A DNA stretch of 64,000 nt, from contig NC_043026.1 in NCBI RefSeq assembly GCF_006345805.1, positions 8,060,001-8,124,000 of the forward strand. The letters are read 5' to 3'. Below, one piece after another: positions 1 through 12,050 of the stretch. The notes beneath the pieces were generated by a model that saw only the letters and a program-made list of their open reading frames with translations, searched no databases and was not told the origin of the DNA. Every line of letters starts with the position of its first letter. Positions within the stretch are counted from its first letter, which is position 1. The DNA comes from Octopus sinensis (Eukaryota). Both the position numbers and the translations under genes were made by a program.

Positions 1-1270
1 GAGTAACCATCTAGTTCCAGGTTCAGTCCCACTGTGTGGCACCTTGGGCATGTGTCCTCTACTATAACCTTGGACCACCAAAGCCTCATGATTGAACTCT
101 GTAGGTGGAAATTCCCATCGAGAGTGTATGTGCATGTGAAAGTGCTTGTGCCATCTTTAGTAGATAGGGAAACTAGTATAACATATTATGTGGAAGCACA
201 TGGCCTAGTGGTTAGGGTCCCGCACACCTGATCGTAAGATTGTAGTTTCAATTCCTGGACCAGACAATGCCTTGTATTCTTGAGCAAAACAGTTCATTTC
301 ATGTCGCTCCAACTACTTTGATGGTAAAAGTGAGTAACCCTGAAATGAACTAGCATCCTATCCAGGGGGGAAATATATACACCACAGAATCAAGGAAACA
401 GGCCTTGTAATTCTGTGGCTTGGGAAGGACCTTTGTACCTTCTTGGTTTTACAATAACATTACATATTGTAACATTACAATAACATTAGTGGTTGGCGTT
501 AGAAAGGGCATCCAGCTGTAGAAACATTGCCAGATCAGACTGGAGCTTGGCGCAGCCTTCTGGCTTCCCAGATCCCCGGTCGAACCATCCAACCCATGCT
601 AGCATGGAGAACGGACGTTAAACGATGATGGTGTGTGTGTGTGTGGTGTGTGTGTGTGTGTGTGTGGCAAGGCTGTGTCTTTTCAATATCAGGGACAATC
701 CATGTGGTGGGCATCTATACAGTTTCCATCGATTCAATTTCAGTCATATTAATGGAATCAGCATCAAGGCTATGATTAAAATTGAATTAAAAGAAAATCC
801 TGTCAGGTGTCCCAGATGAACCAACTTCACGGCCGGAGGTGCAGATGAGGGCAGCTGCATCGAACTCTCTCATGCACCAAATGGCATTTTGCTAAAAAGC
901 ATCCGTGAAGTAAAATCATGTAGGAACACCGAATGTCGGTGCCCCAGCATGGCCACAACTCGTGAGCTGAAACTAGATAAAATCAAATAAATAAAAATAA
1001 TAAATAAACTGCCTAAAATGCCATGCAGTGGGACTGAACCCAGGATCCTGTGGTTACAAAGCAAACTCCTTAACCATTGAGTTATGAGACAACATAATGC
1101 ATGCCTCTGAAACCTTAACTACCCCTCCCCACCCGATACCAACATCCCCATCACCGACCCCACCTAATCACGCTGACTGCTAATCAATAAACTATGTAAA
1201 TTAAAACTCAAAATAAATGAAATAGCCAATCAACCATGACCATCACTGCAGAACAGTGGCAAATACTTAC

Positions 1271-1456
1271 ATTTCTAACACAAGTTTCAACTGCTCCAGT
1301 TTGGCCTTCTTCTCCTCTATGACACTGTTCTTCTTCACTTTGTTCTCGTTCAACAAAAACCTAACGATATCCAACACCTCCTGTAGCTGTTTGGGCTTCT
1401 TCAGTTTCAGGTGGCCCTTCCTGTAGCCCTGGTATTTTTGAAACAGCTCGAAAAAC
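1271..1456 (-). CDS. PPIP5K: PPIP5K exon ([29 protein letters not shown]...LKLVLEM); gene continues beyond the left edge
   Basis: tttccAG acceptor, at|GTAAGT donor, 186 nt. The expected next exon (YGHFSGINRK-type) was not found in 1-1270. Confidence 0.96.
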
Positions 1457-1479
1457 CTGGAAACCACAACGACAACAGC

Positions 1480-2140
1480 AGATAGAAGACATGTAGCGGA
1501 AAAGACAGAAGATTGAAGATTGATCTCTTGAAGACAGAAGATCACTGTCATAAGATTAAAGACAAAACATTAAAGACATATGGTCAAAGGCATAAGACTA
1601 AAGGCATATGACTAAAGGCATATGACTAAAGGCATAAGATTAAAGGCATAAGATTAAAGACATAAGACTAAAGACATAAGATTAAAGACATAAGATTAAA
1701 GACATAAGATTAAAGACATAAGATTAAAGATATAAGATTAAAGACAGAAAATCAAAGACAAAAACATCAACATCAGAAGATTGAAGACAAGATTAAAGTC
1801 AGATGATTAAGAACAGAAGATTAGATACAGGAAATTAAACACAGAAACAGAACACAAGTCTGAATTCAGAAGACAGAAGATTAAAGATAGAAGACAGAAA
1901 TGAGAAGATTCAAGACAAAGATTAGAAGTTTAAAAGCAGAAGATTAAAGACTAAGAAGGCAGAAGTTGACACAAGACTGATGAAGGAAGAAGACGAAAGA
2001 AGAGAGAAACTATACAGAAAAAAATAGGAAAAAATTAAAAACAGAATACAGAATATTAAAGACATAAGACAAGAGATGAAGTTGAGAGAAGATTGAAGAT
2101 TGACGAAGACTAAGGAAGTCTGAAAGCCGAGTGTCAAAAA
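1480..2140. repeat. Purine-rich (plus strand) intronic repeat built on a 14-bp unit, attaaagacataag
   Basis: Clean period at 1660-1745, degenerate on either side. Confidence 0.85.
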
Positions 2141-2162
2141 TGTAGGTGTAAAAGGTATTTAC

Positions 2163-2249
2163 TTGGCGTGTTTGACTTCCATTTTCATCTTCTGTTTTGG
2201 AGTTCTGTCTCCATGTCTGATAACTGCAATGACACAGCGGAGTTCCATC
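2163..2249 (-). CDS. PPIP5K: PPIP5K phosphatase domain start ([29 protein letters not shown])
   Basis: ttccAG acceptor, aa|GTAAAT donor, 87 nt; RHGxRxP histidine acid phosphatase motif intact. Confidence 0.97.
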
Positions 2250-2592
2250 CTGGAAGAGAGAGAGAGAGAGAATGAGTGAATGAGAGGGAGAAAGTGTGAG
2301 TGAGAGAATGAGTGAATGAGAGGGAGAAAGTGTGAGTGAGTGACAGTATGAGTAAGAACATAGGAAATGCCTAACACACACATGTACATACACAGGCAAT
2401 ACATATACAATTATATATATGCGTGTATATCTAAAGAGCTAAAAAAACCACTAAGTGGTCAGCCGTATGCTAGAAGTAGATCACCAACGATCAAACTACA
2501 AAGAAAAGAATGTTCTCTAGAGAAAAATTCAGCGGACACCAGAACAAAATGCGGGCAAGACAGATGAAAATTATATAAAAATCAAGAATTAC

Positions 2593-2667
2593 TCGCAGAC
2601 CGGCGGTTTTGCCTATTAACAAATGAATCACTTACGTAATCCCTCGTCCGTAGGCTCATCAGTGCGA
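2593..2667 (-). ncRNA. Hammerhead motif with G12A change, GUC site
   Basis: tcgca-CTGATGA-gccta..taggc-AAAA-ccgccg-GTC-tgcga. Stems I and II perfect; GAAA reads AAAA. Confidence 0.7.
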
Positions 2668-2718
2668 TCGTTCCAGAGGTAATATAATTTGTAAAACTAA
2701 CCACCAGTTTTCCGTATA

Positions 2719-2767
<49 letters not shown>

Positions 2768-2793
2768 AAAAAAGCAACAAGAATGGATCAATA

Positions 2794-2880
2794 TTTCGGT
2801 ACAATTGTTTCGTACGAAGACAGCTTTATTAAGGCTGCAAATATTGCAGTAAATAAGTGACCCGTACTCATCAGCCGAAA
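2794..2880 (-). ncRNA. Type I hammerhead motif, mirror copy of 2969-3057
   Basis: Same motif on the minus strand in the left arm of the 2763-3088 inverted repeat. Confidence 0.85.
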
Positions 2881-2968
2881 AACATCTGGGTTCTCCAAAC
2901 ATCTAAGGGGGTGGTGTTACACTCCTGAAAACACCACCCCCTTAGATGTTTGGAGAACTCAGATGTTT

Positions 2969-3057
2969 TTTCGGCTGATGAGTACGGGTCACTTATATTT
3001 ACTGCAATATTTGCAGCCTTAATAAAGCTGTCTTCGTACGAAACAATTGTACCGAAA
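2969..3057 (+). ncRNA. Type I hammerhead ribozyme motif, intact core, GUA site
   Basis: tttcgg-CTGATGA-gtacg..48 nt..cgtac-GAAA-C-aatt-GTA-ccgaaa. Stem I 6 bp, stem II 5 bp, minimal stem III with a palindromic loop. Confidence 0.85.
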
Positions 3058-3542
3058 TATTGATCCATTCTTGTTGCTTTTTTCTTATTTATAATCACCC
3101 CGCATTATCTTATGGTTAACACCATATAGATCTCTGGTGCATCTAAGTTAAGTACCGCATTCATGTGAATTCAACAGAACTCACTTGAATTTTAATTGCT
3201 TTTACTGAATATATATATATACACTACTAATATAGGATGAAGTTTTTTTACAGAAAAAAAATTTCATCAAAAATGTGGCAGCATATTAAAATACCTTTAA
3301 AGATTAAAACTATAAACAACTTATAAACAAGGGCAAAAGAAAATTATTTCCATGCCAATATGCTGATAACAGACTTTTAAATCGTCAATTTCCACATATT
3401 ATTATACCCACTACAGAATTTTAAAAAATTCTGTTGGCTAGCTTTCCTCAATTTCAGCACAACGTATTTCTGTAGTGGGTATAATAATATGTGGAAATTG
3501 ACGATTTAAAAGTCTGTTATCAGCATATTGGCATAGAAATAA

Positions 3543-3849
3543 CTAGCAGTATCGCCCAACGTTGCTCGGGTTTGTAAGGGAAATAACTATATAAGCATTT
3601 TTAGAGAGTTACTTCCCTTATATAACCCGAGCAAAAATCATTAAAAATGCGGAAAAATGATGGTAAATTTTTTTTTAGATCGTAAACTCATTGTAGACGC
3701 GCGCTAATACCCAGAAGGGCTCGATATGAATGACGACTATAAGATACCCGCTTTTGGTTAAACTGCACCGCAAAATGTGGGAGTAGTTAGGAATCTAAAT
3801 CGGAGGAGACAGAGTCTCACACACACAACTTAAATTTTATATATAAGGA
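3543..3849 (-). mobile_element. Non-autonomous Helitron; family copies at 38636-38935 (-), 55783-56160 (-), 49593-49700 (-, truncated), 51555-51809 (+, truncated)
   Basis: 5'-TC...CTAG-3', inserted between A and T with no TSD; subterminal hairpin (cccg agcaacgc cggg in the other family copies). Confidence 0.85.
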
Positions 3850-4067
3850 TTTTCTTTTGCCCTTGTTTATAAGTTGTACACACACACACTTATTACAAAC
3901 ACACAACATTTACACAGATACACACATTTATTACAGGTGTGTGTATGCATTTGTTTGTGTGTACTGCTGTACTTTGGTCAGGCCCATGGAAGCATAGGTA
4001 AGTAGATGTTAAAACAATGGTAAAAATAAGAAAAGACAAAAAAGCAAAGGAATGGAAATTAACATAC

Positions 4068-4169
4068 ATTGAGCCTGATGTTGTAGGGACAACTGGTACA
4101 TCTTCTGGAGCTGAACCTAGAACCCATGGGATGTGCAGCTGAGGCGCCAGGTTCCGCATTACCATAGTC
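4068..4169 (-). CDS. PPIP5K: PPIP5K exon ([34 protein letters not shown])
   Basis: tttcAG acceptor, at|GTATGT donor, 102 nt, phase 2 to 2. Confidence 0.96.
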
Positions 4170-4307
4170 CTGAAATGAAAAAAATTGCATAATTTCTTCT
4201 ACACTATATATGCAACTGAGAAATGCATGCCATCAAAGTGACACTGGGATACGAATATGTATAGAAATATATACATCAGCAACAGTGTCTGTTTTGTCTG
4301 GGCTTAC

Positions 4308-4429
4308 CCTAGTATCTTAGCACAATCATCATAATATTTGCTGGAATTCTTCACAAAACTGAATCCATTGACATCACACACATAAGATTTCCCATTAGCA
4401 CGGAGAAGATCAAAACCACACACAGTTTG
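4308..4429 (-). CDS. PPIP5K: PPIP5K exon ([41 protein letters not shown])
   Basis: tttttcAG acceptor, gg|GTAAGC donor, 122 nt; ATP-grasp GFDLLR and DVNGFSFVK motifs. Confidence 0.97.
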
Positions 4430-4781
4430 CTGAAAAACAGGAAAAAAAAGAAGCCAGGTTGAAGAGAGAGAGAGAGAGAGAGAAGAGGATGGCATCAGTA
4501 AAGAGAAGGTATTAAGATGCCTGAGACTAAACAATGTGGTATCTCAGACTAAATGATGTACCTGCTGCAATATAGTGGTATCTGTGGCTATACTCTGATA
4601 CAAAGGATGTACTTTAATACAGTAAATCCTCGAGTATAGTCCGCCCTTGAGTATAATAGGCAGGGGATTTTTAGGGCGCTGGAGGTAACGGGGATTTGAG
4701 CACCACCTTTAATCGCTGTGGTCACCATGTAGGCAATCATCAAAATTTTTGTTCGTCTTGTGGTTGAGACAGGCTCCTTAT

Positions 4782-4863
4782 CTTTCCTGATGAGAAGATT
4801 GCATAATACACCCTTTATTCCTTTGGAATTAAAAAATGTTGTCTTCGAAACATATGTCGAGAG
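4782..4863 (+). ncRNA. Type I hammerhead motif, intact core, GUC site
   Basis: ctttc-CTGATGA-gaaga..43 nt..tcttc-GAAA-C-atat-GTC-gagag. Confidence 0.82.
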
Positions 4864-5067
4864 TAAAGGAATTTTGTTAACATCTTCGTTCGACTCCATT
4901 CTTTTATTTATTCATATAACAACACACAAATTCTACACAAGAACCCGGAGTTTCTAACCCTTGACAGGTCGCTTCAACCGTGTTTCTGACGTGAATTTGC
5001 TACCAGGTTTCGGTTTAACGAATTTTTTCCATGCTGACGATAAACATAGGATAATTCATTCACCTAC

Positions 5068-5144
<77 letters not shown>

Positions 5145-5176
5145 TACACACATATACAAGGATACATTACACTGAC

Positions 5177-5338
5177 CTTGAAGGCAAGGGAAACTTCTCT
5201 GGCAATGCACTTCTCCATGGCACTGAGAATAACAGGATATCGTACTTCCTTGCCGTCTTTATCTCTTTCTACTTTGCCATCAAGTGCGGGAGACTTTCTC
5301 GCTTCAGCGTGGGCGTAGTCAGGGCCAACTGCATATAC
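5177..5338 (-). CDS. PPIP5K: PPIP5K exon ([26 protein letters not shown]...LAFK)
   Basis: ctacAG acceptor, aag|GTCAGT donor, 162 nt, phase 0 to 0. Confidence 0.97.
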
Positions 5339-5612
5339 CTGTAGCCAGAAAGAGAAAAACGTCAACTGTGGTGATATCAACAACAATAAGGGGACAGAGA
5401 AGAAACCCTCAAGAGATATTATACATATATATATAATGTTCTTTTATTGGTTTCAGCCATCAAGGACAAGAAGAAAGACTGTTCTGCAAAGCTTTTGATC
5501 AAACTCAAGCATCACCTCCAACGAAGCATCCTTTGGTTTTTCTTGGATGAGAAAAATTTCTGCTTGGATCACATTCACAATCACACACAAACACACAACG
5601 TTTCTTAGACAT

Positions 5613-6055
5613 ATCATCATCATCATCATTGTTTAACGTCCGTTTACCATGCTAGCATGGGTTGGACGGTTCAACTGGGTTTCGGGGAAGCCAGATGGCT
5701 GCACCAGACCCAGTCTGCTCTGGCAATGTTTCTACAGTTGGATGCCCTTCCTAACGCCAACCACTCCGAGAGTGTAGTGGGTGCTTTTTACATGCCACCT
5801 GCATAGTTGCCAGGCGAGGCTGGCAAACGGCCACGATCGGATGGTGCTTTTTACGTGCCACCGGCACGGAGGCCAAATGAGGCTGGCAACGGCCACAATC
5901 GGATGGTGCATTTTACGTGCCACCAGCACAGGTGCCAGACGAGGCTGGCAAATGGCCACGATCGGATGGTGCTTTTTACGTGCCACTGGCACGGGGGCCA
6001 AATGAGGCTGGCAAATGACCACAATCGGATGATGCATTTTACATGCCACCTGCAC
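5613..6055 (-). mobile_element. Short RTE-3'-end repeat with (GAT)n tail and variable 55-60-bp internal tandem units; other copies near 490-630, 8950-9150, 12297-12730, 24650-25100, 28480-29010, 44255-44930, 45905-46210, 48365-48920, 52700-52925, 55245-55580
   Basis: Shared ...aaaagcacccactacactc...ccaacccatgctagcatgg...ttaaacgatgatgat. Confidence 0.85.
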
Positions 6056-6190
6056 ACCTATATAAACACATACACATCCTCTCTATCACACACACACACA
6101 TACAGAGCCTCATGCTAACACATACACTCACTTAGACACACATACACAAACTAAAACCAATGCCACAAGATCAAGTATAAATAAAATTAC

Positions 6191-6292
6191 CTTTACGTCG
6201 GTGCCATCTGTGGGCATGAACTCTTCGTATATGTAGGACCCTGTTTTTCGTACCTTGTTAATTGGGGAGTATACACTACTTCGAGCGCCAAT
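6191..6292 (-). CDS. PPIP5K: PPIP5K exon ([34 protein letters not shown])
   Basis: tttacAG acceptor, aag|GTAATT donor, 102 nt, phase 0 to 0; continues RLFRK directly across a 41.7-kb intron. Confidence 0.97.
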
Positions 6293-6470
6293 CTGTAAAG
6301 AAGAAAAGAGATACACAATGAGAACAGAGAACACCAACCCCTGACGAGATCACTAAGGATCTCCTTTACAGCAGCACACCTGGTTCTGGCCTCTCTCTCC
6401 AATAACCATGTACTTCCACTATAGCAAGATACCTATTTCTGCCTCTCTATTTCTCTATCACACTCTAACC

Positions 6471-6671
6471 CAGTGCTTTTCAAACTTTTTGCTGGAGCGG
6501 AACCCCAAGGAAACATTCCACTGGCTCGAGGAACCCCTGTGCAATAATTTAATAGTCTTATGCACACATATCTGCACAGGAGACTTAAAAATTACTGCCG
6601 ATTTTAGCAGTTTTGTAACTTCTTGCAGAACCCCTGGACTGTACTGGCGGAACCCTGGTTGAAAACCACTG
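6471..6671. mobile_element. hAT-type MITE, 201 bp
   Basis: TIRs CAGTGCTTTTCAA / TTGAAAACCACTG; 8-bp TSD ctctaacc (6463-6470, 6672-6679). Confidence 0.85.
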
Positions 6672-6870
6672 CTCTAACCTTTCATCATCTGATACTGGAT
6701 CTCTTTGTTTCTCTCCTTGTTTTTTTTCTATGTCCCTTTCTGTAGAAGAGCATAGGCTCGAAATGTAAATGACTTTTTCTATTCCTGAGTGTTATACTAA
6801 TACATGTTTGTTTTGTACAACACCTGTCTTCGTCTTTTATTTTTTCGTAAACTTTCCCTATATATATATA

Positions 6871-6920
<50 letters not shown>

Positions 6921-7009
6921 TGTGTGTGTGTGTGTGTGTTGTAAATATATATATATATATATATATACATACACACACACATATATATGCACATACAGAT
7001 ATCAATATA

Positions 7010-7437
7010 TGCCAAATATGCCGAAAAAAAGGCAAAAATTGTCAATAACCATTATAATTTATGCGTCTTGAAACAAGCCGATAGAAATCTCTAAAAAATC
7101 CGTTATTACCGTATTGGTCCCAATTTCGGGGTTAATTTCATAAGAATTTTCCCCTCTTCAGCGATAAATACGTGAGATATAAGTAAAATACTTACTCATT
7201 GGGACCAATACGGTAATAACAGATTTTTTAGAAATTTCTATCGGTTTGTTTTGAGACGCATAGATTATAATGGTTAATGACAACTTTTGTCTTTTTTTCG
7301 GCATATTTGGCATTAGAATTTTTCTTTTGCCCTCATTTTGTAAATTATTTATAAATTTAACCTTTAAAGGTATTTTTTGATATGCTGGCCATTGATAAAA
7401 TTTTTTTTTTCCCGAAAAAAATTTTATCCTACATTAG
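7010..7437. mobile_element. Inverted-repeat hammerhead element family; relatives at 3228-3877 and 30922-31440
   Basis: Arms about 7010-7123 and 7198-7311; shared distal tail ...tgctggccattgataaaattttt...tcctacatta. Confidence 0.75.
7106..7167 (-). ncRNA. Type I hammerhead motif, intact core, AUA site
   Basis: ttatcg-CTGAAGA-gggg..cccc-GAAA-ttgggacca-ATA-cggtaa. Confidence 0.8.
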
Positions 7438-7980
7438 TTATAGATATCAATATATGTGTACATAAATACACACACACACCTCTCTCTTCTCTCTCTCTCA
7501 CTGGGTAACCATGTACCTCCTCTGTAGCAGGACACCTATTTCTGCCTCTCTGTTTCTCTGTCACACTCTAACCCTTTCACCATTTGATACTGGATCACCT
7601 CCTCCTCCAATGCCCACCCCTGTTGTGGAAAGACTCCTGCTTCTGTCTCTCTGTCACACTCTAACCTTTCATCCTCTGACACAAGATCCCCTCCTCAAAT
7701 GCCCCTGGCCCTCTCATAATTCCTTGTCTTGTGAGTCACTTGGTGACCCTGCCAGTGCTGGTGAATATGTTTGATAAAAATGAACATTTTTTTAATGTAC
7801 TGGTACTTTTTTTAACAAAAAATTAAGAACACTATAAGCCTTACAATAATATGTGATCGCTGCTATTTCTAGCACACAAAACATAGTTGGGTTACCTTGA
7901 TGTTTGTTTAAATTAGTGTTATATTACAACTACAAGAAATTACAGAAAGAAATATTTACTAAGCAAGTGAAATTTTACTT

Positions 7981-8345
7981 CACAAATGCTTTTTGGCAAC
8001 TGCCATTTGGTACATGAGAGAGTTCAATGCAGCTGCCCTCATCTGCACCTCCTGCTGTGAAGTTGGTTCATCTGGGACACCTGACAGGAAGCGATCCAGT
8101 TTTATTTTAAAGACATCTGCATCCACCCCATGCAGGTCTCTCAGGTCCTTCGGGAGGATATTGAAGAGCAGTGGACCTCTGAAGCCCAGGCTCTCACAGT
8201 ATCTTGTCCTACATCTTAATGGCAAATTTGGAGTCCTTGACACGGCACTGTGCAGTGGGACCCAGTTCTGGTATTTGTGTAACTCTCGATGCCAAAGTTT
8301 GGGACAAGTCCTTCCAGGATCTTCCAGATGTATATTATGACATAC
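7981..8345 (-). mobile_element. CR1-group LINE C-terminal fragment; other copies at 35205-35600 (+), 805-990 (+), 55610-55740 (-), 56270-56480 (-)
   Basis: SLGFRGPLLFNILPKDLRDLHGVDADVFKIKLDRFLSGVPDEP. Confidence 0.8.
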
Positions 8346-8900
8346 CTTTCTCACCTACGCTCTAAGGAATTACATACCGGAAATAAATTATATTAGGCAA
8401 CTTATTAAAACTTACTGAAGCTTCAAACTCACACGATTTATTTCTTTTCCATCATTATCTAAGAATTATCAAGTGAATTTGTTGCTATGCTCTCTGACAC
8501 CTTATAGGTATTAAAATATCTAGGAGATCATTGCTATGGTTTTGCACACTACACATAAGTGAACTACCTTGCTGCTTGTTTAAAACAGAGAGATTATGAC
8601 CGTGATAGAATAATGAAAGCAATATCTACTAAGCAAGTGAGCCCTATTATACGAAGAAACAATCAGACATAAAATATCATAAAAATTATTCGAATTGGGA
8701 ATCAAATGTAAAAATATTATCAAGTATTATCAAGTAGGCGCAGGAGTGGATGTGTGGTAAGTAGCTTGCTAACCAACCACATGGTTCCAGGTTAGTCCCA
8801 CTGCGTGGTATCTTGGGCAAGTGTCTTCTGCTATAGCCCCGGGCCGACCAATGCCTTGTGAGTGGATTTGGTAGACGGAAACTGAAAGAAGCCTGTCGTA

Positions 8901-8947
<47 letters not shown>

Positions 8948-9429
8948 CGTGGCCGATGCCAGCACCACCTCAACTGGCTTCCGTGCCGGTGGCACATAAA
9001 ATACACCAATCCGACCGTGGCCGTTGCCAGCCTCGCCTGGCACCTGTGCAGGTGGCACGTAAAAAGCACCCACTACACTCACGGAGTGGTTGGCGTTAGG
9101 AAGGGCATCCAGCTGTAGAAACATTGCCAGATTAGACTGGAGCCTGGTGCAGCCTTGTGTGTGTGTGTGTATAGACAGATAGATAGATAGATAGATAGGC
9201 AGACAGACAATCATACACACATATATATATCACTATTGAGCAGAGTGTGTGTATCATCTTCATTATTGTTTAACGTCCGTTTTCCATACGGGCATGGGTT
9301 GGACGGTTTGACAAAGAGGTAACTGTGCAAAACATTTAAGCATTAAATATACGAAAAAACTACAGGTTTTTACCAAAAACTCCTCAAATATATTAGGTTT
9401 TAATGTTAACATAAATAAGCTTTTCAAAA

Positions 9430-10380
9430 ACATATTTGCTTACATATATATATCTTCATGTGTATATACAAACATAAATATACATGTATAAATATATATA
9501 TATATATATATACATCATACATATATACACATACGCACACATATATACACATACACACACATATCTATGCATATATATACATATATATATGCATACATAT
9601 ATATACATATATATAGCATACATATATATACATATATATATGCATATATATTACATATATATACATACTATATAATACATATATATACATTATATATATA
9701 CATACATATATATACATATATATATACATACATATATATACATAATATATATACATATATATATACATACATATATACATATATATATACATACATATAT
9801 ATACATATTATATTACATATATATATACATACATATATATCATATATATCATCATATATACATATATATTCATATATATATACAACATATACATACATAT
9901 ATATATGCATACATATATATACATATATATATACATACATATATATACATATATATATATACATATATACATACATATATACATACAATATATATATATA
10001 ATATATATATACATACATATATATACATATATATGTATATATATATGTATATATATATAGATATATATATATATGCATACATATATATACATATATATAT
10101 ACATACATATACATACATATATATATATACATATATATATACATACATATCTACATACATATATATACATATATATACATATCTATATATATACATACAC
10201 ACATATACACATACCTACACAAATATAAACATACACATACATATATATATATATACATACACACATATACACATACCTACACAAATATATACATACACAT
10301 ACATATATATATAGATATATACATACATATATACATATATATACATGCCTACATACACTTACATGCATACATACATACAC
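9430..10380. repeat. Long (TA/CA) low-complexity tract; others at 32420-32820, 33260-33900, 36030-36490, 36600-37020
   Basis: Read directly; these tracts generate the spurious YIYI-type ORFs. Confidence 0.95.
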
Positions 10381-11140
10381 ATACCACCTGACCACATGAC
10401 CGACCAGGCTATCAGATGTTGTTACACATCGCTGGTCACAATGCACTTCGCATTGTTTTAGCCTTCAAATGACGCCACCCCGCTGGCTAAGAAGTAAGAG
10501 TGAGAGAAAGTTGCAGCGAAAGAGTACAGCAGGGATCACCACCATCCCGTCAGAGCCTCGTGGAGCTTTTAGGTGTTTTCGTTCAGTAAACACTCACAAT
10601 GCCTGGTCTGGGAATCGAAACTACGATCCTACGACCGCGAGTCTGCTGCCCTAACCACTGGGCCATTACGCCTCCACACACACACATATATATATATATA
10701 TATGACGGGCTTCTTTCAGTTTCCGTCTACCAAATCTGCTCACAAAGCTTTGGTTGGCTCAAGGCTACAGCAGAAGACACTTACCCAAGGTGTCTGGGAA
10801 TCGAAACCACGATCCTACGACTGCGAGTCCGCTGCCCTAACCACTGGGCCATTACGCCTCCACACATATAAATACATACATACATATGTATATTTACATA
10901 CACACATATATATATATACATACACATATGTATATATACACACACACATGCATAGAAACATCAGACATTATGATGAACTCAGGAATGACATGAATGAAAA
11001 ATGAACGTATTAATTTCATGGTTTTCGCGAGACCCAAAACAAGTCACATGCGCAATACATGTCTATATTCATTCATGCTGCTAGAAATAGCAGCCAGCTA
11101 AGGCTGATCACTGACAAGAAACACACATGAAATTGTATAT

Positions 11141-12050
11141 ATTTCTTTATTGCCCACAAGGGGTTAAACACAGAGGGGACAAACAAGGACAGACAAACGG
11201 ATTAAGTCGATTACTTCGAACCCAGTGCGTAACTGGTACTAATTTAATCGACCCCGAAAGGATGAAAGGCAAAGTCCACCTCGGCGGAATTTGAACTCAG
11301 AACATAACGGCAGATGAAATACCTATTTCTTTACTACCCACAAGTGGCTAAACACAGAGAGGACAAACGGATTAAGTTGATTACATCAACCCCAGTGTGT
11401 AACTGGTACTAATTTAATCGACCCCGAAAGGATGAAAGGCAAAGTCGACCTCGGCGGAATTTGAACTCAGAACGTAACGGCAGATGAAATACCTATTTCT
11501 TTACTACCCACAAGTGGCTAAACACAGAGAGGACAAACGGATTAAGTCGATTACATCGACCCCAGTGCGTAAATGGTACTAATTTAATCGACCCCGAAAG
11601 GATGAAAGGCAAAGTCCACCTCGGCGGAATTTGAACTCAGAACATAACGGCAGATGAAATACCTATTTCTTTACTACCCACAAGTGGCTAAACACAGAGA
11701 GGACAAACGGATTAAGTTGATTACATCGACCCCAGTGTGTAACTGGTACTAATTTAATCGACCCCGAAAGGATGAAAGGCAAAGTCGACCTCGGCGGAAT
11801 TTGAACTCAGAACGTAACGGCAGATGAAATACCTATTTCTTTACTACCCACAAGTGGCTAAAAACAGAGAGGACAAACGGATAAGAGATTACACGACACC
11901 CCAGTGCGTAAATGGTACTAATTTAATCGACCCCGAAAGGATGAAAGGCAAAGTCAACCTCGGCAGAATTTGAACTCAGAACGTAGCGACAGATGAAATA
12001 CTGCTAAGCATTTCGCCCGGCATGCTAACGTTTCTGCCAGCTCGCCACCT
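11141..12050 (-). repeat. Tandem array of SINE bodies (170-bp period) plus one tRNA-like head; similar arrays at 41092-42100, 46420-47010, 57340-58400, 61975-62620
   Basis: Unit contains gtcgactttgcctttcatcctttcggggtcgat...aagtaccag, which resembles the Nin-type deeply conserved SINE domain (from recall). Confidence 0.85.

Larger units (their letters stand above)
2763..3088. mobile_element. Palindromic hammerhead-bearing element (Penelope/retrozyme-like), about 156-bp arms, 11-nt spacer
   Basis: Arms 2763-2918 and 2930-3088 differ by a few substitutions and indels; the element starts directly after (TA)n. Confidence 0.75.

Noticed and set aside
1375-1390. ctacAG|gag inside the 186-nt exon, where I recall vertebrates having an intron (QLQ/EVL)
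   Set aside because: The frame is continuous with no intron here, and I cannot verify the vertebrate position without a database.
1975-2010. CTGATGA...GAAA in the purine repeat
   Set aside because: No stem I, II or III pairing.
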